DNA of 64,000 nucleotides from a candidate division WWE3 bacterium (GTDB lineage Bacteria > Patescibacteriota > WWE3 > UBA101185 > UBA10185), in NCBI GenBank assembly GCA_052035175.1, contig JBPOHV010000001.1:169569-233568 (forward strand). Reading direction: 5' to 3'. The position numbers were made by a program, and so were the translations under genes. Below, piece after piece: positions 29,309 through 39,972 of the stretch. Each line of letters begins with the position of its first letter. The first letter of the stretch is position 1. The notes under the pieces are model-generated. The model was not told where the DNA came from, made no database searches, and was given only the letters and a program-made list of their open reading frames with translations.

Positions 29309-29773
29309 CTAAGTGAAATTTTCCAAATATTTTTTTATATTCTCACCTTCGTCTTGAATATGTTTCTTGGCAACGTCGGTCTTCACAAAGAACTGAAAAA
29401 TTTTATCTATTAAGCCCGCCCGATTGCCATACTCAACGTACGCAGTCAGTTTGGATGTATTTTTTGAAACACTTTCTATAGAAAAATATCCCATCCCAAA
29501 GTTGAATAAAGAGAAAGGAAACGCTGGTTCATATTCAATATACTCATTCTTTTTTATTTTTGTGACTTTAAGGATTAAATAAAGAGGAAAACCACCGATT
29601 TTCTCCAAAAAGTGGAAAACACACCCACGCTGATTCAAATCTTGAAAGATCACTTTACAAAAAACATGATCTTTAGGATGCCAGGTTTTGTAAAGAGTAT
29701 CTATACGAGTAAGAAAGTTAAAAACGCTTTGAGTATTGGCATTAATAATTGTTTCTTGTTTGATGATTATCAT
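29309..29773 (-). CDS. SRPBCC/START-like family protein
   Basis: IINANTQSVFNFL...WHP; C-terminal helix LE. Confidence 0.6.
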   Translation of the reverse strand: MIIIKQETIINANTQSVFNFLTRIDTLYKTWHPKDHVFCKVIFQDLNQRGCVFHFLEKIGGFPLYLILKVTKIKKNEYIEYEPAFPFSLFNFGMGYFSIESVSKNTSKLTAYVEYGNRAGLIDKIFQFFVKTDVAKKHIQDEGENIKKYLENFT

Positions 29774-31683
29774 GTGCTTATGTTATTTTTATCAGTACCA
29801 AAATGAAATAACCTCAGACTATTAGCCACTACAACTACAGTCATCCCTACATCTGCAAATATTGCCAGTGCAATGTTACCCATTCCAGAAAGAGCAAGTA
29901 TAAGAAATATTATTTTAACTCCAACTGAAGCCACAATATTTACTCTGATAGTCCGAACAGAAGCTCTACCAAGTTTAACTAGAAAAGGAATAAGCTGTAG
30001 ATTGTTATTCATAAGTGCTATATCAGCATTTTCAACAGCCACTTCTGAACCTATGGCACCCATAGCAATACCCACCGATGCAATAGTTAGTGCTGGAGCA
30101 TCATTGACACCATCACCAACCATAGCAACATGTGTATATTTCTTAAGCAAGTTTGACAGCTGAACCACTTTGTCATCAGGAAGAAGATTAGCGTGAATTT
30201 CATCAACTCCAACTTCTTGAGCAACATAATTAGCTGCAGAGACATTATCACCAGTAAGCATTGCCGTTTTTACTTTTAATTGATGTAGAATTTTAATGGT
30301 GGTCGCGCTTTCTGGACGAATTGTATCAACAACTCCAATAACACCCTTAATTTTCTTCTCATCGCAAACGACAATAGCTGTCTTACCTTCTTTTTCAAAT
30401 CCCTCAACGATTTCGACTACACGCTTATCCACATCGTGTTCCTCCATAACAAACCGTAAGGTGCCTATGCAGTGGTGTCTGTCGACACAGACCAGACACT
30501 CACCACTGATACCTTTACCCATGGTAGCTTTGAAGTTTGTGTACTTGTGCATTTCCCCCGCAATTTTATGAGCACTTTCAACGATGCTTTTGGCAATTGG
30601 ATGTTCAGAAAACGCTTCAGCACCTGCCATACAAATAAGAAGCTCTTCTTTAGAAACACCGTTGAGTGGTATAACATCAGAAACTGTTGGTTCGCCTTTG
30701 GTTAAAGTTCGCGTTTTATCAAAAGCAATGGCTTTGATCCTACCAATTTCTTCTAAAAACTGCCCACCTTTAATGAGAATTCCACGTCTAGTGGCATTGC
30801 CAATAGCGGAAAAGATGGTAATAGGAGTGGAAATGACAAGTGCACAAGGACAAGCAATAAGAAGAAGAGTTAAGCTCTGGGTAAACCAGAATGTAAACGG
30901 TTGACCAAAGATAACCACTGGCACTACGGTAAGGAAGATAGCAAATGCAAACATGGTTGGCGTGTAGTAGGAAGAAAATTTTTCTATGAATTTAGCGGCC
31001 TGAGATTTACGTTCCGCAGCCTGGAAGGTTAGATCGACAATCTTCGCAAGTGTTGTGTCTTTAGAAACTTTAGTTACTTTTATTTCTAAATACCCCTGGC
31101 TATTGAGAGTTCCGGCAAATACCAGTTCACCTGTATATTTATTTTTCGGAAGTGGCTCCCCGGTGATGGTGCTTTCATCAACCAGCGACTCCCCGTTAAC
31201 AACTATGCCATCTAGAGGAATGTAATCCCCAGGTTTAACCATTACAATATCTCCGATAGTGATCTGTTCGATTGAAATTTTCTCTTTCTGTCCCTTAACC
31301 AGTGCTGTTTTGGGGGTCTTTTCAACCAATTCTTCAAGAGCGTTTTGGCTTTTGGTAATACCAAATTCCTCAAGTGCTTCACTTACTGCAAAAAGAACGA
31401 TGACAATGACTGCTTCTTCTAATTCACCTAAGTACAATGCACCAAAAGTAGCAACAGTCATCAATAAATTGATGTTAGAAAAGTGCAAATTTACAAAACT
31501 CTTAAACCCATTAATGATTACATTTCTACCAAAGAAAAAAATAATAGCACCGAAAACAGGTATCTCAATAAATTGAGGTAAATGAATTGAGAATAGAGAC
31601 AAAATCTCAAAAGGAATAACAAGAAGTAACGTTAGCGCCAATCTTTTAAATTTATTGTCTTTTAGTAAATCATAAACAAGCAT
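29770..31683 (-). CDS. Heavy-metal P1B-type ATPase (CadA/ZntA-like)
   Basis: TGEP, CPCAL, DKTRT (variant of DKTGT), SEHP, GDGVNDAPAL, FADVG. Confidence 0.9.
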   Translation of the reverse strand: MLVYDLLKDNKFKRLALTLLLVIPFEILSLFSIHLPQFIEIPVFGAIIFFFGRNVIINGFKSFVNLHFSNINLLMTVATFGALYLGELEEAVIVIVLFAVSEALEEFGITKSQNALEELVEKTPKTALVKGQKEKISIEQITIGDIVMVKPGDYIPLDGIVVNGESLVDESTITGEPLPKNKYTGELVFAGTLNSQGYLEIKVTKVSKDTTLAKIVDLTFQAAERKSQAAKFIEKFSSYYTPTMFAFAIFLTVVPVVIFGQPFTFWFTQSLTLLLIACPCALVISTPITIFSAIGNATRRGILIKGGQFLEEIGRIKAIAFDKTRTLTKGEPTVSDVIPLNGVSKEELLICMAGAEAFSEHPIAKSIVESAHKIAGEMHKYTNFKATMGKGISGECLVCVDRHHCIGTLRFVMEEHDVDKRVVEIVEGFEKEGKTAIVVCDEKKIKGVIGVVDTIRPESATTIKILHQLKVKTAMLTGDNVSAANYVAQEVGVDEIHANLLPDDKVVQLSNLLKKYTHVAMVGDGVNDAPALTIASVGIAMGAIGSEVAVENADIALMNNNLQLIPFLVKLGRASVRTIRVNIVASVGVKIIFLILALSGMGNIALAIFADVGMTVVVVANSLRLFHFGTDKNNIST

Positions 31684-31707
31684 AGGTCCATTTTACACAG
31701 ATATTAA

Positions 31708-32352
31708 TCAATAATTTACATAATAATTAATTTTTGCATCAGCTTTGAGAGAAGCAATCCATGATGGAGCTTCCTGACTTAGTTTTTGGCTTTTTAGCTG
31801 TTGTGCTATTTGGTTTTTTATTTCAGTTTCCTTACCATCTACCAATTCAACCTTATTGTCCTGGATGTATTTGTTTATCTCCTCATCTGTTACTTGGATT
31901 TTATCCGCAAGAACTTTCTCAATTTTCTTTTGAACTAATAAATGCTTTTTCAAAGCTTCTTTAGTCATTCCTTGTTGGAGTAGTGCAGCATCAAGCGTGC
32001 TTCCCTGCTGGATAATTGATACTTCAATGTTTTTTATTTCCAGATCAATTTCATCACTGGTTACAGTGATACCTTTCTTCTTAGCTTCGTTGTCAATTAA
32101 CTTCTCGGTAATAAGGGCATCTAAGGTGTTTTTACCACCTTGCTTTTCCAATTCTTGAATAACACTTAATCTTGTTACCGGGCGCCCGTTTACCATAGCT
32201 GCGACAAAAGCACCTTTAAAATAAAACAACGATCCAAAAACAATCCCAATAAGTACAATGGATAAAAGTAATTTTCTACTTTTCAATAGCCTGAATTTTT
32301 CTGCTTTTGGCTGCTCAAAATTAGCTTCTGACTTAGTTATTTTTTCATTCAT
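31708..32352 (-). CDS. SurA N-terminal-domain / PrsA-like chaperone
   Basis: TM, AAMVNGRPV, LITEKLI..EAKKKGI, VTDEEI..Y. Confidence 0.8.
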   Translation of the reverse strand: MNEKITKSEANFEQPKAEKFRLLKSRKLLLSIVLIGIVFGSLFYFKGAFVAAMVNGRPVTRLSVIQELEKQGGKNTLDALITEKLIDNEAKKKGITVTSDEIDLEIKNIEVSIIQQGSTLDAALLQQGMTKEALKKHLLVQKKIEKVLADKIQVTDEEINKYIQDNKVELVDGKETEIKNQIAQQLKSQKLSQEAPSWIASLKADAKINYYVNY

Positions 32353-32455
32353 ACGTTTCCTCTATTAAATTTTTATACCTTAAAATCTCCCATACACAAA
32401 TTTTCTAACTTCTACTATACCGATGCGTATTTGACCACTCACTTTCTAATGATAG

Positions 32456-32935
32456 CTATTCTACAATTAGCTTTCCTTCCATTTCTTTATGCCCTTGACC
32501 ACAGAAAAGACTACAATAAAATCTAAACGTACCCTTTTTAGTTGCAGTAAATTCAACAACTGTTGTGCCAACAGGAAGGTCCTTTTTGATACCTAATTCG
32601 TCGATTGCAAACCCATGGGGCACATCAAGATTGTTGACGGTAAGCTTAATATTATCTCCTTCCGAAACTGTAATAGTTGCTGGAGAAAAATCAAACTTTT
32701 TGGCAGTCATTGTAAATTCTTTGACACCATTTGTTACTGGGGTATTTGTAGCATCTGGCTGAATTGTAACTGATGGACTTTGAGTTACAGAGCTTCTAGT
32801 TTGGGAAGTAGCATCTTTATTTCCAAATAATGCATATACACCGACTAGTACAATGCCAATCACTACAACGCCTATAATCATAGGATTCATAGCTTGCTTT
32901 GGTTGATCGTTTTGATTTGTTATATGTTCATCCAT
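32456..32935 (-). CDS. Cupredoxin with CuA-like site (COX2/NosZ C-terminal-like)
   Basis: DVPHGF and FYCSLFCGQGHKEM. Confidence 0.85.
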   Translation of the reverse strand: MDEHITNQNDQPKQAMNPMIIGVVVIGIVLVGVYALFGNKDATSQTRSSVTQSPSVTIQPDATNTPVTNGVKEFTMTAKKFDFSPATITVSEGDNIKLTVNNLDVPHGFAIDELGIKKDLPVGTTVVEFTATKKGTFRFYCSLFCGQGHKEMEGKLIVE

Positions 32936-32951
32936 ACAATATCACCCCCTT

Positions 32952-34139
32952 TCAACAATCTGTTCCAAGTCCACCAACACAATTTTCAGTTGGTGGTGTT
33001 CCTCGCTCTGGACATTTCTCCGAATACATACACGCTATATCTGTTACCGAGTCGATCTGCTTTTGCATCGTTGCTTGATCTTCTGAACCATATGAAATAA
33101 CGATTCTATCAAGGTCAGTAAATTCATACTCACCCAACTTATCGTTTAGTTTGCCATTCACGTATAATTTCAACGTATTTTTTTCATCACTGCAATACTG
33201 CTTTTTATCATCAGTCACAAAACAATTCTTGTCAAAGCCAATGCCAATAGTTTTGAAGAAATACCCAAGCGTTACACCCTGGCGATGCTTGTGCGTAACG
33301 TCTCCATTACCATCATGCAAATGAGCATAAGGGTCTAGAGGTGCTTCCTTTGAATCTTGATATTTGGCCGAGGTGAAATCAAAAGCTTTTCCATTAAGAT
33401 ATACCTTAAAATCAGCATGCTCATGAACCTTGTCCCCAAGTACTGGTTCACCAAGTTTCGGAGCTTTGAGAATTGCAGCTTTAATGAGAGTCTTAAAATC
33501 GTCAGGAGTCTTTGGATTTTGGATTTTCTCACCGTTTAGGAAAAATGTTGGTGTCCCAGTGTTACCGAGTTTTTCTCCAGATGCCTTGTCTCGCTCAACC
33601 CTATCTTTCACTTCCTTTGAGACCACATCTTTTTTAAATTGTTCAATATTTAATCCAATTTGTTTGGCGAAGCCTTCAAAAATGGCTGGATCAGCTACTG
33701 GTTTCTCACCCCAAGTTTTTTGATTGTCAAACACAATATTGTGCATCTCCCAGTACTTTCCTTGACGGCTTGCGGCTTCTACAGACAAAGCTGCCTGCAT
33801 ACCATTTTTGTGTCCAGGAAGGGGAAAGTATCGATTTACAAACCGAACATCATTTTTGAACTCTTCTGAGAGTTGTTTCATAAGTGGATAGTATGCTCCA
33901 CAGGCTTCACACTCAAAGTCAAGATATTCAATGAGGGTAACTGACGCGTCTTTATTTCCTTTAATATATTCGTCAGCAGCAACCTCTAGTAGTTGCTTTT
34001 TATCATCAGAAAGTACAGCTTGGCCGGTTGGTGCATTACTGCTTGTTAAATTAGACTTGTTGGCAAAGAAAATAATTCCAGCAAATATTGCAATAGTAAT
34101 GCCAACTACACTTAAAATAAATTTCCTATCACTTGTCAT
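32952..34139 (-). CDS. DsbA-family oxidoreductase fused to a His/Cys-rich C-terminal domain
   Basis: DFECEAC, GTPTFF; HEHADF, HLHD and C-terminal Cys cluster. Confidence 0.85.
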   Translation of the reverse strand: MTSDRKFILSVVGITIAIFAGIIFFANKSNLTSSNAPTGQAVLSDDKKQLLEVAADEYIKGNKDASVTLIEYLDFECEACGAYYPLMKQLSEEFKNDVRFVNRYFPLPGHKNGMQAALSVEAASRQGKYWEMHNIVFDNQKTWGEKPVADPAIFEGFAKQIGLNIEQFKKDVVSKEVKDRVERDKASGEKLGNTGTPTFFLNGEKIQNPKTPDDFKTLIKAAILKAPKLGEPVLGDKVHEHADFKVYLNGKAFDFTSAKYQDSKEAPLDPYAHLHDGNGDVTHKHRQGVTLGYFFKTIGIGFDKNCFVTDDKKQYCSDEKNTLKLYVNGKLNDKLGEYEFTDLDRIVISYGSEDQATMQKQIDSVTDIACMYSEKCPERGTPPTENCVGGLGTDC

Positions 34140-36451
34140 ATTTTCTTTCCTTTCAGGCGCAGTGAATTAGTTACAACAGATACACTACTAAGACCCATGG
34201 CAGCTCCAGCAATTGCAGGATTTAGAAGTATACCAAAAAATGGATATAAAACGCCCGCAGCAATAGGAATGCCGATGATGTTATAGAAAAATGCCCAGAA
34301 AAGATTTTGTTTGATAATATTCATTGTGGCTCGTGCCAACTTAATGGCTTTAGGAAGTTTAGAAATGTACCCACCTAAGAGTGTGATTCCCGCCGATTCA
34401 ATCGCCACATCGGTTCCAGTTCCCATTGCAATGCCTACATCAGCTGTGGCTAACGCTGGTGCATCATTGATGCCATCACCAACCATTGCGACTTTGTATC
34501 CTTCTTTCTGCAGCTTCTTGATTTCACCGGCTTTGTCGCCAGGTAATATTTCTGCAATCACTCGATCAATACCTACAAGCTTTGCGATATACTGCGCCGT
34601 ACGTTGGTTGTCTCCAGTGAGCATGGCAACTTTAATACCCTGTATATGAAGCTCTGCCACTGTTTCCTTAGCGTCATCTTTAATTGTGTCGGCAATACCA
34701 ATGTAGGCAATAACGTGCTTTTTAGTCATAAAAACGACGGGAGTCTTGCCTTGTGACGCAAAATTGTTAATTACTTCTTCGTCCACTTGTATTTTGAGAT
34801 TGGTAGTTAGTTTAAGATTACCAGCATAATATTCTGTAGCATCTATAGTTCCTTTGAGCCCTTTTCCTTCAATGGCTTCAAAATCCATCACTTTGTGAAA
34901 GCTAAGCTTTTCTTGCTTTGCTTTTTCAACGACTGCTTGAGCAAGAGGGTGCTCCGAATGACTCTCTAAGGACGCGAGGAGTTGTAAAATTTCTTTCTCA
35001 GAATAAGAGCTAGTTGTTTGAACATCGGTCACTTCCGGTGTACCTTTGGTAATTGTGCCAGTCTTATCCATTACTACAAAGTTAATTCCATCAAACTTCT
35101 CTAAACTCTCGGCATTTTTAATTAAGATTCCATTTTCTGCAGCTTTACCCACACCAACAATAATGGCGGTGGGAGTTGCCAGTCCCATGGCACATGGACA
35201 GGCAATCACCAGAATTCCAACAAAGCTCAAGATTCCCAAGGTGAGGGCTTGGGAGAATGGCATAAACTGACTGCCAACCACTAGCCACAGCACAAGGGTG
35301 AAAATCGCTAGAACGAGTACAACTGGAACAAAAATTGCTGATATTTGATCAGCCATACGTTCAATTGGCGCTTTTGAACCTTGGGCTTCCTCAACCATTT
35401 TGATGATTTGGGAAAGCATGGTATCACTTCCAATCTTTGTAACTTGAATTCTCAAAGAGCCCTGTTTATTGATAGTTGCACCGATAACAATATCTTCTGG
35501 TCCTTTGTCCACCGGAATTGATTCTCCAGTGATCATTGACTCGTCAACTGAAGATTTACCTTCAAGAATGATTCCATCAAGAGGGATCTTTTGGCCAGGT
35601 TTCACAATCACAATATCACCAACCACTACTTGCTCAATTGGTATTTCGACCTCTTTACCATTACGAATGACAAGAGCATTCTTAGCCTGCAATCCCAAAA
35701 GCTTTTCTATGGCCTCCCCAGTTTTAAGTTTGGAGCGAGCTTCTAGGAATTTTCCTAGAGTGATAAATCCGATAACAACAATCGTGACATCGTAATAAGT
35801 TTGTTGGGTATTTACATAAGGAGCGAGAACTTTATCAAATGCTGTCACAACGAAGCTATAAAGGAAAGCAACTGAGGTACCAATCCCCACTAGGGTGTCC
35901 ATGTTGGCAACTCGGTGTTTGAAGAAGCGAACCATTCCTTGCAAATACGGAACGCCTATAACGAATAATGTATATGTTGCAAAGAGGGGAAGTAGGTGGT
36001 GAAAAAATTCCATAATAGCCTCTGGCATATGAGGCAAAAGCATAAGAGGATCTGCCCCAATTTCCCAAGTCATTACAAAGATACTTAGTGCTACCATAGG
36101 TAAGACAATCTGAACGTGACGTTGTAGCTTAGCAAGGTCTTTCAGTTTTTGGGCTTTAATTGAGGCGTCAGATGAAATTGGAGTCATCATGTCATGACCC
36201 GCGTGCATGGAGCGATCCATTCCCATCGGCATGTCCATTTGGCTATCCACGAGAGAATAGCCTAACTTAGCAATTTCCTCATTCATCTGAGGAACATCTA
36301 CTTTTTGAGGATCAAATGAAACTGAAGCCTTTTCAGTACCATAGTTAACGGAGCATGACTCAACTCCATCAATTTTCTCAAGTTTTCTTTTAATAATTGA
36401 TGCGCATGAAGCGCAGTGCATTCCTTTGACAGGAAATGATTTGCTTTCCAT
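34136..36451 (-). CDS. copA: Copper-translocating P1B-1 ATPase
   Basis: GMHCASC HMA domain, Met/His linker, CPCAMGLA, DKTGT, YN in TM, MGLSS. Confidence 0.95.
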   Translation of the reverse strand: MESKSFPVKGMHCASCASIIKRKLEKIDGVESCSVNYGTEKASVSFDPQKVDVPQMNEEIAKLGYSLVDSQMDMPMGMDRSMHAGHDMMTPISSDASIKAQKLKDLAKLQRHVQIVLPMVALSIFVMTWEIGADPLMLLPHMPEAIMEFFHHLLPLFATYTLFVIGVPYLQGMVRFFKHRVANMDTLVGIGTSVAFLYSFVVTAFDKVLAPYVNTQQTYYDVTIVVIGFITLGKFLEARSKLKTGEAIEKLLGLQAKNALVIRNGKEVEIPIEQVVVGDIVIVKPGQKIPLDGIILEGKSSVDESMITGESIPVDKGPEDIVIGATINKQGSLRIQVTKIGSDTMLSQIIKMVEEAQGSKAPIERMADQISAIFVPVVLVLAIFTLVLWLVVGSQFMPFSQALTLGILSFVGILVIACPCAMGLATPTAIIVGVGKAAENGILIKNAESLEKFDGINFVVMDKTGTITKGTPEVTDVQTTSSYSEKEILQLLASLESHSEHPLAQAVVEKAKQEKLSFHKVMDFEAIEGKGLKGTIDATEYYAGNLKLTTNLKIQVDEEVINNFASQGKTPVVFMTKKHVIAYIGIADTIKDDAKETVAELHIQGIKVAMLTGDNQRTAQYIAKLVGIDRVIAEILPGDKAGEIKKLQKEGYKVAMVGDGINDAPALATADVGIAMGTGTDVAIESAGITLLGGYISKLPKAIKLARATMNIIKQNLFWAFFYNIIGIPIAAGVLYPFFGILLNPAIAGAAMGLSSVSVVTNSLRLKGKKI

Positions 36452-36479
36452 AATTACTTTCTTTCATATCCAGCAGAAC

Positions 36480-36701
36480 TTATATCTGCTCAGCAATAAC
36501 AGTTTCATAACCAAGCTTTGTGATAACGGCAATAATCTGTTCATGTTTTATTTTATCTGGGTCGTAGGTAACCACTGAAATTTGTTTGGCATAATGTGTC
36601 TTTGCTTCCTTCACTCCTGCTAAATCTTCAAGATCAAAATCAATGTTGATCGCACAACTCGTGCAGTGCATGCCGACAATTTTTAGCGTTATTGTTTTCA
36701 T
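36480..36701 (-). CDS. HMA-domain copper chaperone (CopZ-like)
   Basis: GMHCTSC, 73 aa, adjacent to copA. Confidence 0.9.
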   Translation of the reverse strand: MKTITLKIVGMHCTSCAINIDFDLEDLAGVKEAKTHYAKQISVVTYDPDKIKHEQIIAVITKLGYETVIAEQI

Positions 36702-37753
36702 ATATTTGAGTTGGGAACAACATTTATTTCACCTCTAAACATTCCCATGCTGCACATAAAAGCAAGCGGACCTGGCTCTGCTGGTGTTGTAAACTCAAGC
36801 GTATCTGATTGGCCAATAGGAACAATACGTTGTAGTCCCAATTTTGGAACGGTGAGTGCTTGTGTACACCCACCTCCACCTTGGTTCACGATATTAAATT
36901 TTACCTTCGATCCGGCTCTAACATTGACAACTGCTGGCTCTGTACGATAGCCGTTTTGAGTTATAAAGATCGTTGCTTCCTTTACTGTGTTTGAAGCGGT
37001 CGCAGTAGCTGCAACTCGATTGCTATCACAAAAACTGATAGTACAATTAATATTAGTTATTACATTCTCAAAGGTGAAAGCACTGCCACTCAGTGCTAAA
37101 GCTCCATTAAAGTTATATGCGGCAATCAATATAATTGCTCCGGCTGCAACTTTGTTAAACGTTCCACTTAGTGAATTTCCTAGTTTTCTGGCTGCATAGC
37201 CAAAGAGGAAAAACAACGGTGAGGTTCCTAGTATAAAGACAAACATTGTTATTGCTCCAGCAAAAGCAGATCCGGTTGCAATTGCATATGCCATCATCGC
37301 TTGAGTGGCTCCACATGGGATGAGCACAGTCATCGCGCCTAATAATGCTGGACCAAATACCGCCTTGCTTTTTGATTGATTTTTGACCAACCTAGTCAAA
37401 AACCTTGGTGGTTGAATGATGAAATAACGAAAAATTGGATGAACCTGAAGAAGATTTAGAGCAGTACCTATCATAAAGATCACGGCAGCAAATTGCAAAG
37501 CCACACGGGCTGAAAGGGAGAGTTGGAAAACTGTTCCAATACTTCCCAACAAAAAGCCAAGAAGTGTATAGGCAATAAGACGGGTAACCAAAAAGGAGAG
37601 AATCGGTAGAAGATGTCCGAATAGTTTTATTTCTTCTTCCAGTTTGTTTTTTTCTTGCTGGGCAATTGAACTAGCAAGAAGCCCGCCTTGTACTGCCAAG
37701 CATGTTAGTCCTCCTGCAAATAGTCCTGTGACAAAGATTGATGTAATTTCCAT
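36698..37753 (-). CDS. DsbD_2/TauE-like membrane protein with C-terminal cupredoxin domain
   Basis: TCLAVQGG, LIPCG; C-terminal GC...FMCSMGM. Confidence 0.85.
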   Translation of the reverse strand: MEITSIFVTGLFAGGLTCLAVQGGLLASSIAQQEKNKLEEEIKLFGHLLPILSFLVTRLIAYTLLGFLLGSIGTVFQLSLSARVALQFAAVIFMIGTALNLLQVHPIFRYFIIQPPRFLTRLVKNQSKSKAVFGPALLGAMTVLIPCGATQAMMAYAIATGSAFAGAITMFVFILGTSPLFFLFGYAARKLGNSLSGTFNKVAAGAIILIAAYNFNGALALSGSAFTFENVITNINCTISFCDSNRVAATATASNTVKEATIFITQNGYRTEPAVVNVRAGSKVKFNIVNQGGGGCTQALTVPKLGLQRIVPIGQSDTLEFTTPAEPGPLAFMCSMGMFRGEINVVPNSNI

Positions 37754-37782
37754 ATATTTTCTTTCATTTCATACTAAAAAAA

Positions 37783-38541
37783 TTAACTTTGCAAAGCCTT
37801 CTCGATCATCGGCTTTACTTGTTCAAAAGGTAAAGCACCGTTAATAAATTGTGTAGTGCCTTTCGCATCAATAATTATGGTACCTGGTGTTCCAGTTACG
37901 CCTTCTTCTGTTCCCTTAGCCATTTGATCCTTGACTTTCTGTGCCATTTCTCCCGAGTCTAAACATTGTTTAAAAGGTGCTTCATTTAATCCGAGCTCTT
38001 GGGCAAGAGGAACAAGTTTGTCTAGGGCAAAACCGGTTCCATTGCCACTTGTTCGTGCAAAAATTGCATCCGCGTATTTCCAGAAACTATCATTACCACC
38101 AAGTTTTCCGGCACACTCTGCCGCTTCTGCCTCTTTTTGAGCATTGGCGTGGAAGGAAAGCGGGTAGTGGCGATAAACCCACTTTACTTTATCACCGTAT
38201 TCCTTCATGACTTGCTGCATAGTTGGATGAAACCTAATACAAAATGGGCACTCTAAATCAGAATATTCAACCAGCACTACTTTGGCATTTTTATTACCCT
38301 TATACCAATCTACGTCCGTCACTTCTGGTTTTTTGGTCGCTTGTTTTGGAGCGGGTGGTTGAGCAGCGGCATTTCCTGCAGATGGCGCGTTTCCTTGATT
38401 TACAGCACCTGCTACCACTGCACCTTTTTCTAAATATTTCACTTTAGTTGTCAGAGAACCAATTACAAATGAAGCTCCAATAAGAAGGACAACTAGTATG
38501 GAAGGGAAATTTATAAAACTACGTTTTTTTTCTTCTGACAT
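37783..38541 (-). CDS. DsbA-family thiol-disulfide oxidoreductase
   Basis: EYSDLECPFC, RHYPL, GVTGTP. Confidence 0.92.
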   Translation of the reverse strand: MSEEKKRSFINFPSILVVLLIGASFVIGSLTTKVKYLEKGAVVAGAVNQGNAPSAGNAAAQPPAPKQATKKPEVTDVDWYKGNKNAKVVLVEYSDLECPFCIRFHPTMQQVMKEYGDKVKWVYRHYPLSFHANAQKEAEAAECAGKLGGNDSFWKYADAIFARTSGNGTGFALDKLVPLAQELGLNEAPFKQCLDSGEMAQKVKDQMAKGTEEGVTGTPGTIIIDAKGTTQFINGALPFEQVKPMIEKALQS

Positions 38542-38564
38542 ATTTTATTTCTATAATTTAATAA

Positions 38565-38603
38565 TCTACTACAAACTGTAGTAGAACAAGGAATGATTGT
38601 CAA
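38565..38603 (-). promoter_or_regulatory. Metal/redox operon promoter with BlaI/CopY-type operator
   Basis: TTGACA(38603-38598)-17-TACAGT; perfect palindrome TCTACTACA-AAC-TGTAGTAGA (38565-38585) over the -10. Confidence 0.85.
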
Positions 38604-38611
38604 TAAGCTAC

Positions 38612-39607
38612 TTATTTAGAAGTAAAAGCTGAGGTATAAGGAATAGAACTATTTGAGGTGCTACTCATTGGTGGTATAACTGTGGCATTTTCTCTACACC
38701 AATTAGCGCACTCACTATCGTTCATGCATACCATCATAACATCCTCGTTATTTTCATGCAGATCTATTGCATTAACTGGTGCAATTAATAATCCATACAT
38801 CATAAGTATTGATATCACACTTATTCCTATACGGAGAAATGAAACTTTTGGGTAAACTGCTCTCTGCTCAATCAAGGCTTTTATTCTCAATTCCAATGTA
38901 TCCCATTCAGCAAGAGAAGTTGCAAGTACGAATACTGGTGTGGGAGTACAACACATTAATTTCTTAAGGACTGAAACAAGTGATTCGTTTCCATTCATTG
39001 CTTGAGTAACCGCATGATCAGCGTTGACCTCTCTTTGTATTTGGTAGTGCTTGATAATATCAATCAGTATTGGAAGAAATGGGAACAGCGAGTGTGTCAT
39101 TGATGCCAATAAATGAGTCAGGCTATCTCGATGTTCTAGATGGTATTTTTCATGGTGAAGGACAGCCTCAAGTTCGCTCATGGTGGTCAATGCCAAAAGT
39201 CTAGTTGAAATATAAATTTTAGGGTTCCGGATGCCAAAACAAAATGCAAATGGTTTGTTATCGTTTATAACGAATACTTTGTTAAGTAAGTTTATCTTTT
39301 TTATTAAAGTACTGTAGCGTATAGGCAATGGTTGGGTTTGCAAGGCTTTTCTAAAGAAATAAATTCTGGTAATGGTATAAGCTAATTTAAGGAATACTAT
39401 CCCTACCATTAGGATTCCTATGATAAATATAAACGGACCAACCTCCTTGGGTATTTGAATAGAGAATGACCGAAGCATCTCTTGGCAGTAGTAAACAGTC
39501 TTATGGAGAAAAAGAGGCAGGTATTTTTGAATAATGACCTTTACTGAAAGGACTAATATCCCAAAGAGTCCAGAAAAAATAATTAAGTGCTTATGCTTTT
39601 TTATCAT
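38612..39607 (-). CDS. M56 family (BlaR1-like) membrane metalloprotease, no penicillin-binding domain
   Basis: AFCFG..NPKIYIST, HHEKYH (HExxH), REVNAD; start moved to MIKK. Confidence 0.88.
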   Translation of the reverse strand: MIKKHKHLIIFSGLFGILVLSVKVIIQKYLPLFLHKTVYYCQEMLRSFSIQIPKEVGPFIFIIGILMVGIVFLKLAYTITRIYFFRKALQTQPLPIRYSTLIKKINLLNKVFVINDNKPFAFCFGIRNPKIYISTRLLALTTMSELEAVLHHEKYHLEHRDSLTHLLASMTHSLFPFLPILIDIIKHYQIQREVNADHAVTQAMNGNESLVSVLKKLMCCTPTPVFVLATSLAEWDTLELRIKALIEQRAVYPKVSFLRIGISVISILMMYGLLIAPVNAIDLHENNEDVMMVCMNDSECANWCRENATVIPPMSSTSNSSIPYTSAFTSK

Positions 39608-39971
39608 ATTGATCCAAAAGCTCAAGGAAATATTTCCGTTTTGCTTCAGGCAAACTATCTACTGACTGCGCAAACGAGGCAATTGCTATATCACCAAATG
39701 AGGTAACAAGTTTTTGCATAAACGACTGGGCAATGTTTCTGCTATATCGCTCTTTTGAAACTCTCGCGCTATACATAATTGTGCCTTGGTCCTCAATTTT
39801 TTTAACCAATCCTTTGTCATGAAGTCTTTGCAAAACTGTTGCTATTGTCGTGTATGCCAGTTGTCTAGTTTGATTTATTATTTCTAATACATCTCTAACT
39901 GAGCAGTTTTCTTGCTCCCACACGACGCTCATAACTTCTTGTTCAAGGTTGCTTAATGTTTTAGCTGTCAT
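39591..39971 (-). CDS. BlaI/MecI/CopY-family repressor
   Basis: LSNLEQEVMSVVW, LAYTTIATVLQRL..KG. Confidence 0.93.
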   Translation of the reverse strand: MTAKTLSNLEQEVMSVVWEQENCSVRDVLEIINQTRQLAYTTIATVLQRLHDKGLVKKIEDQGTIMYSARVSKERYSRNIAQSFMQKLVTSFGDIAIASFAQSVDSLPEAKRKYFLELLDQYDKKA

Positions 39972-39972
39972 A

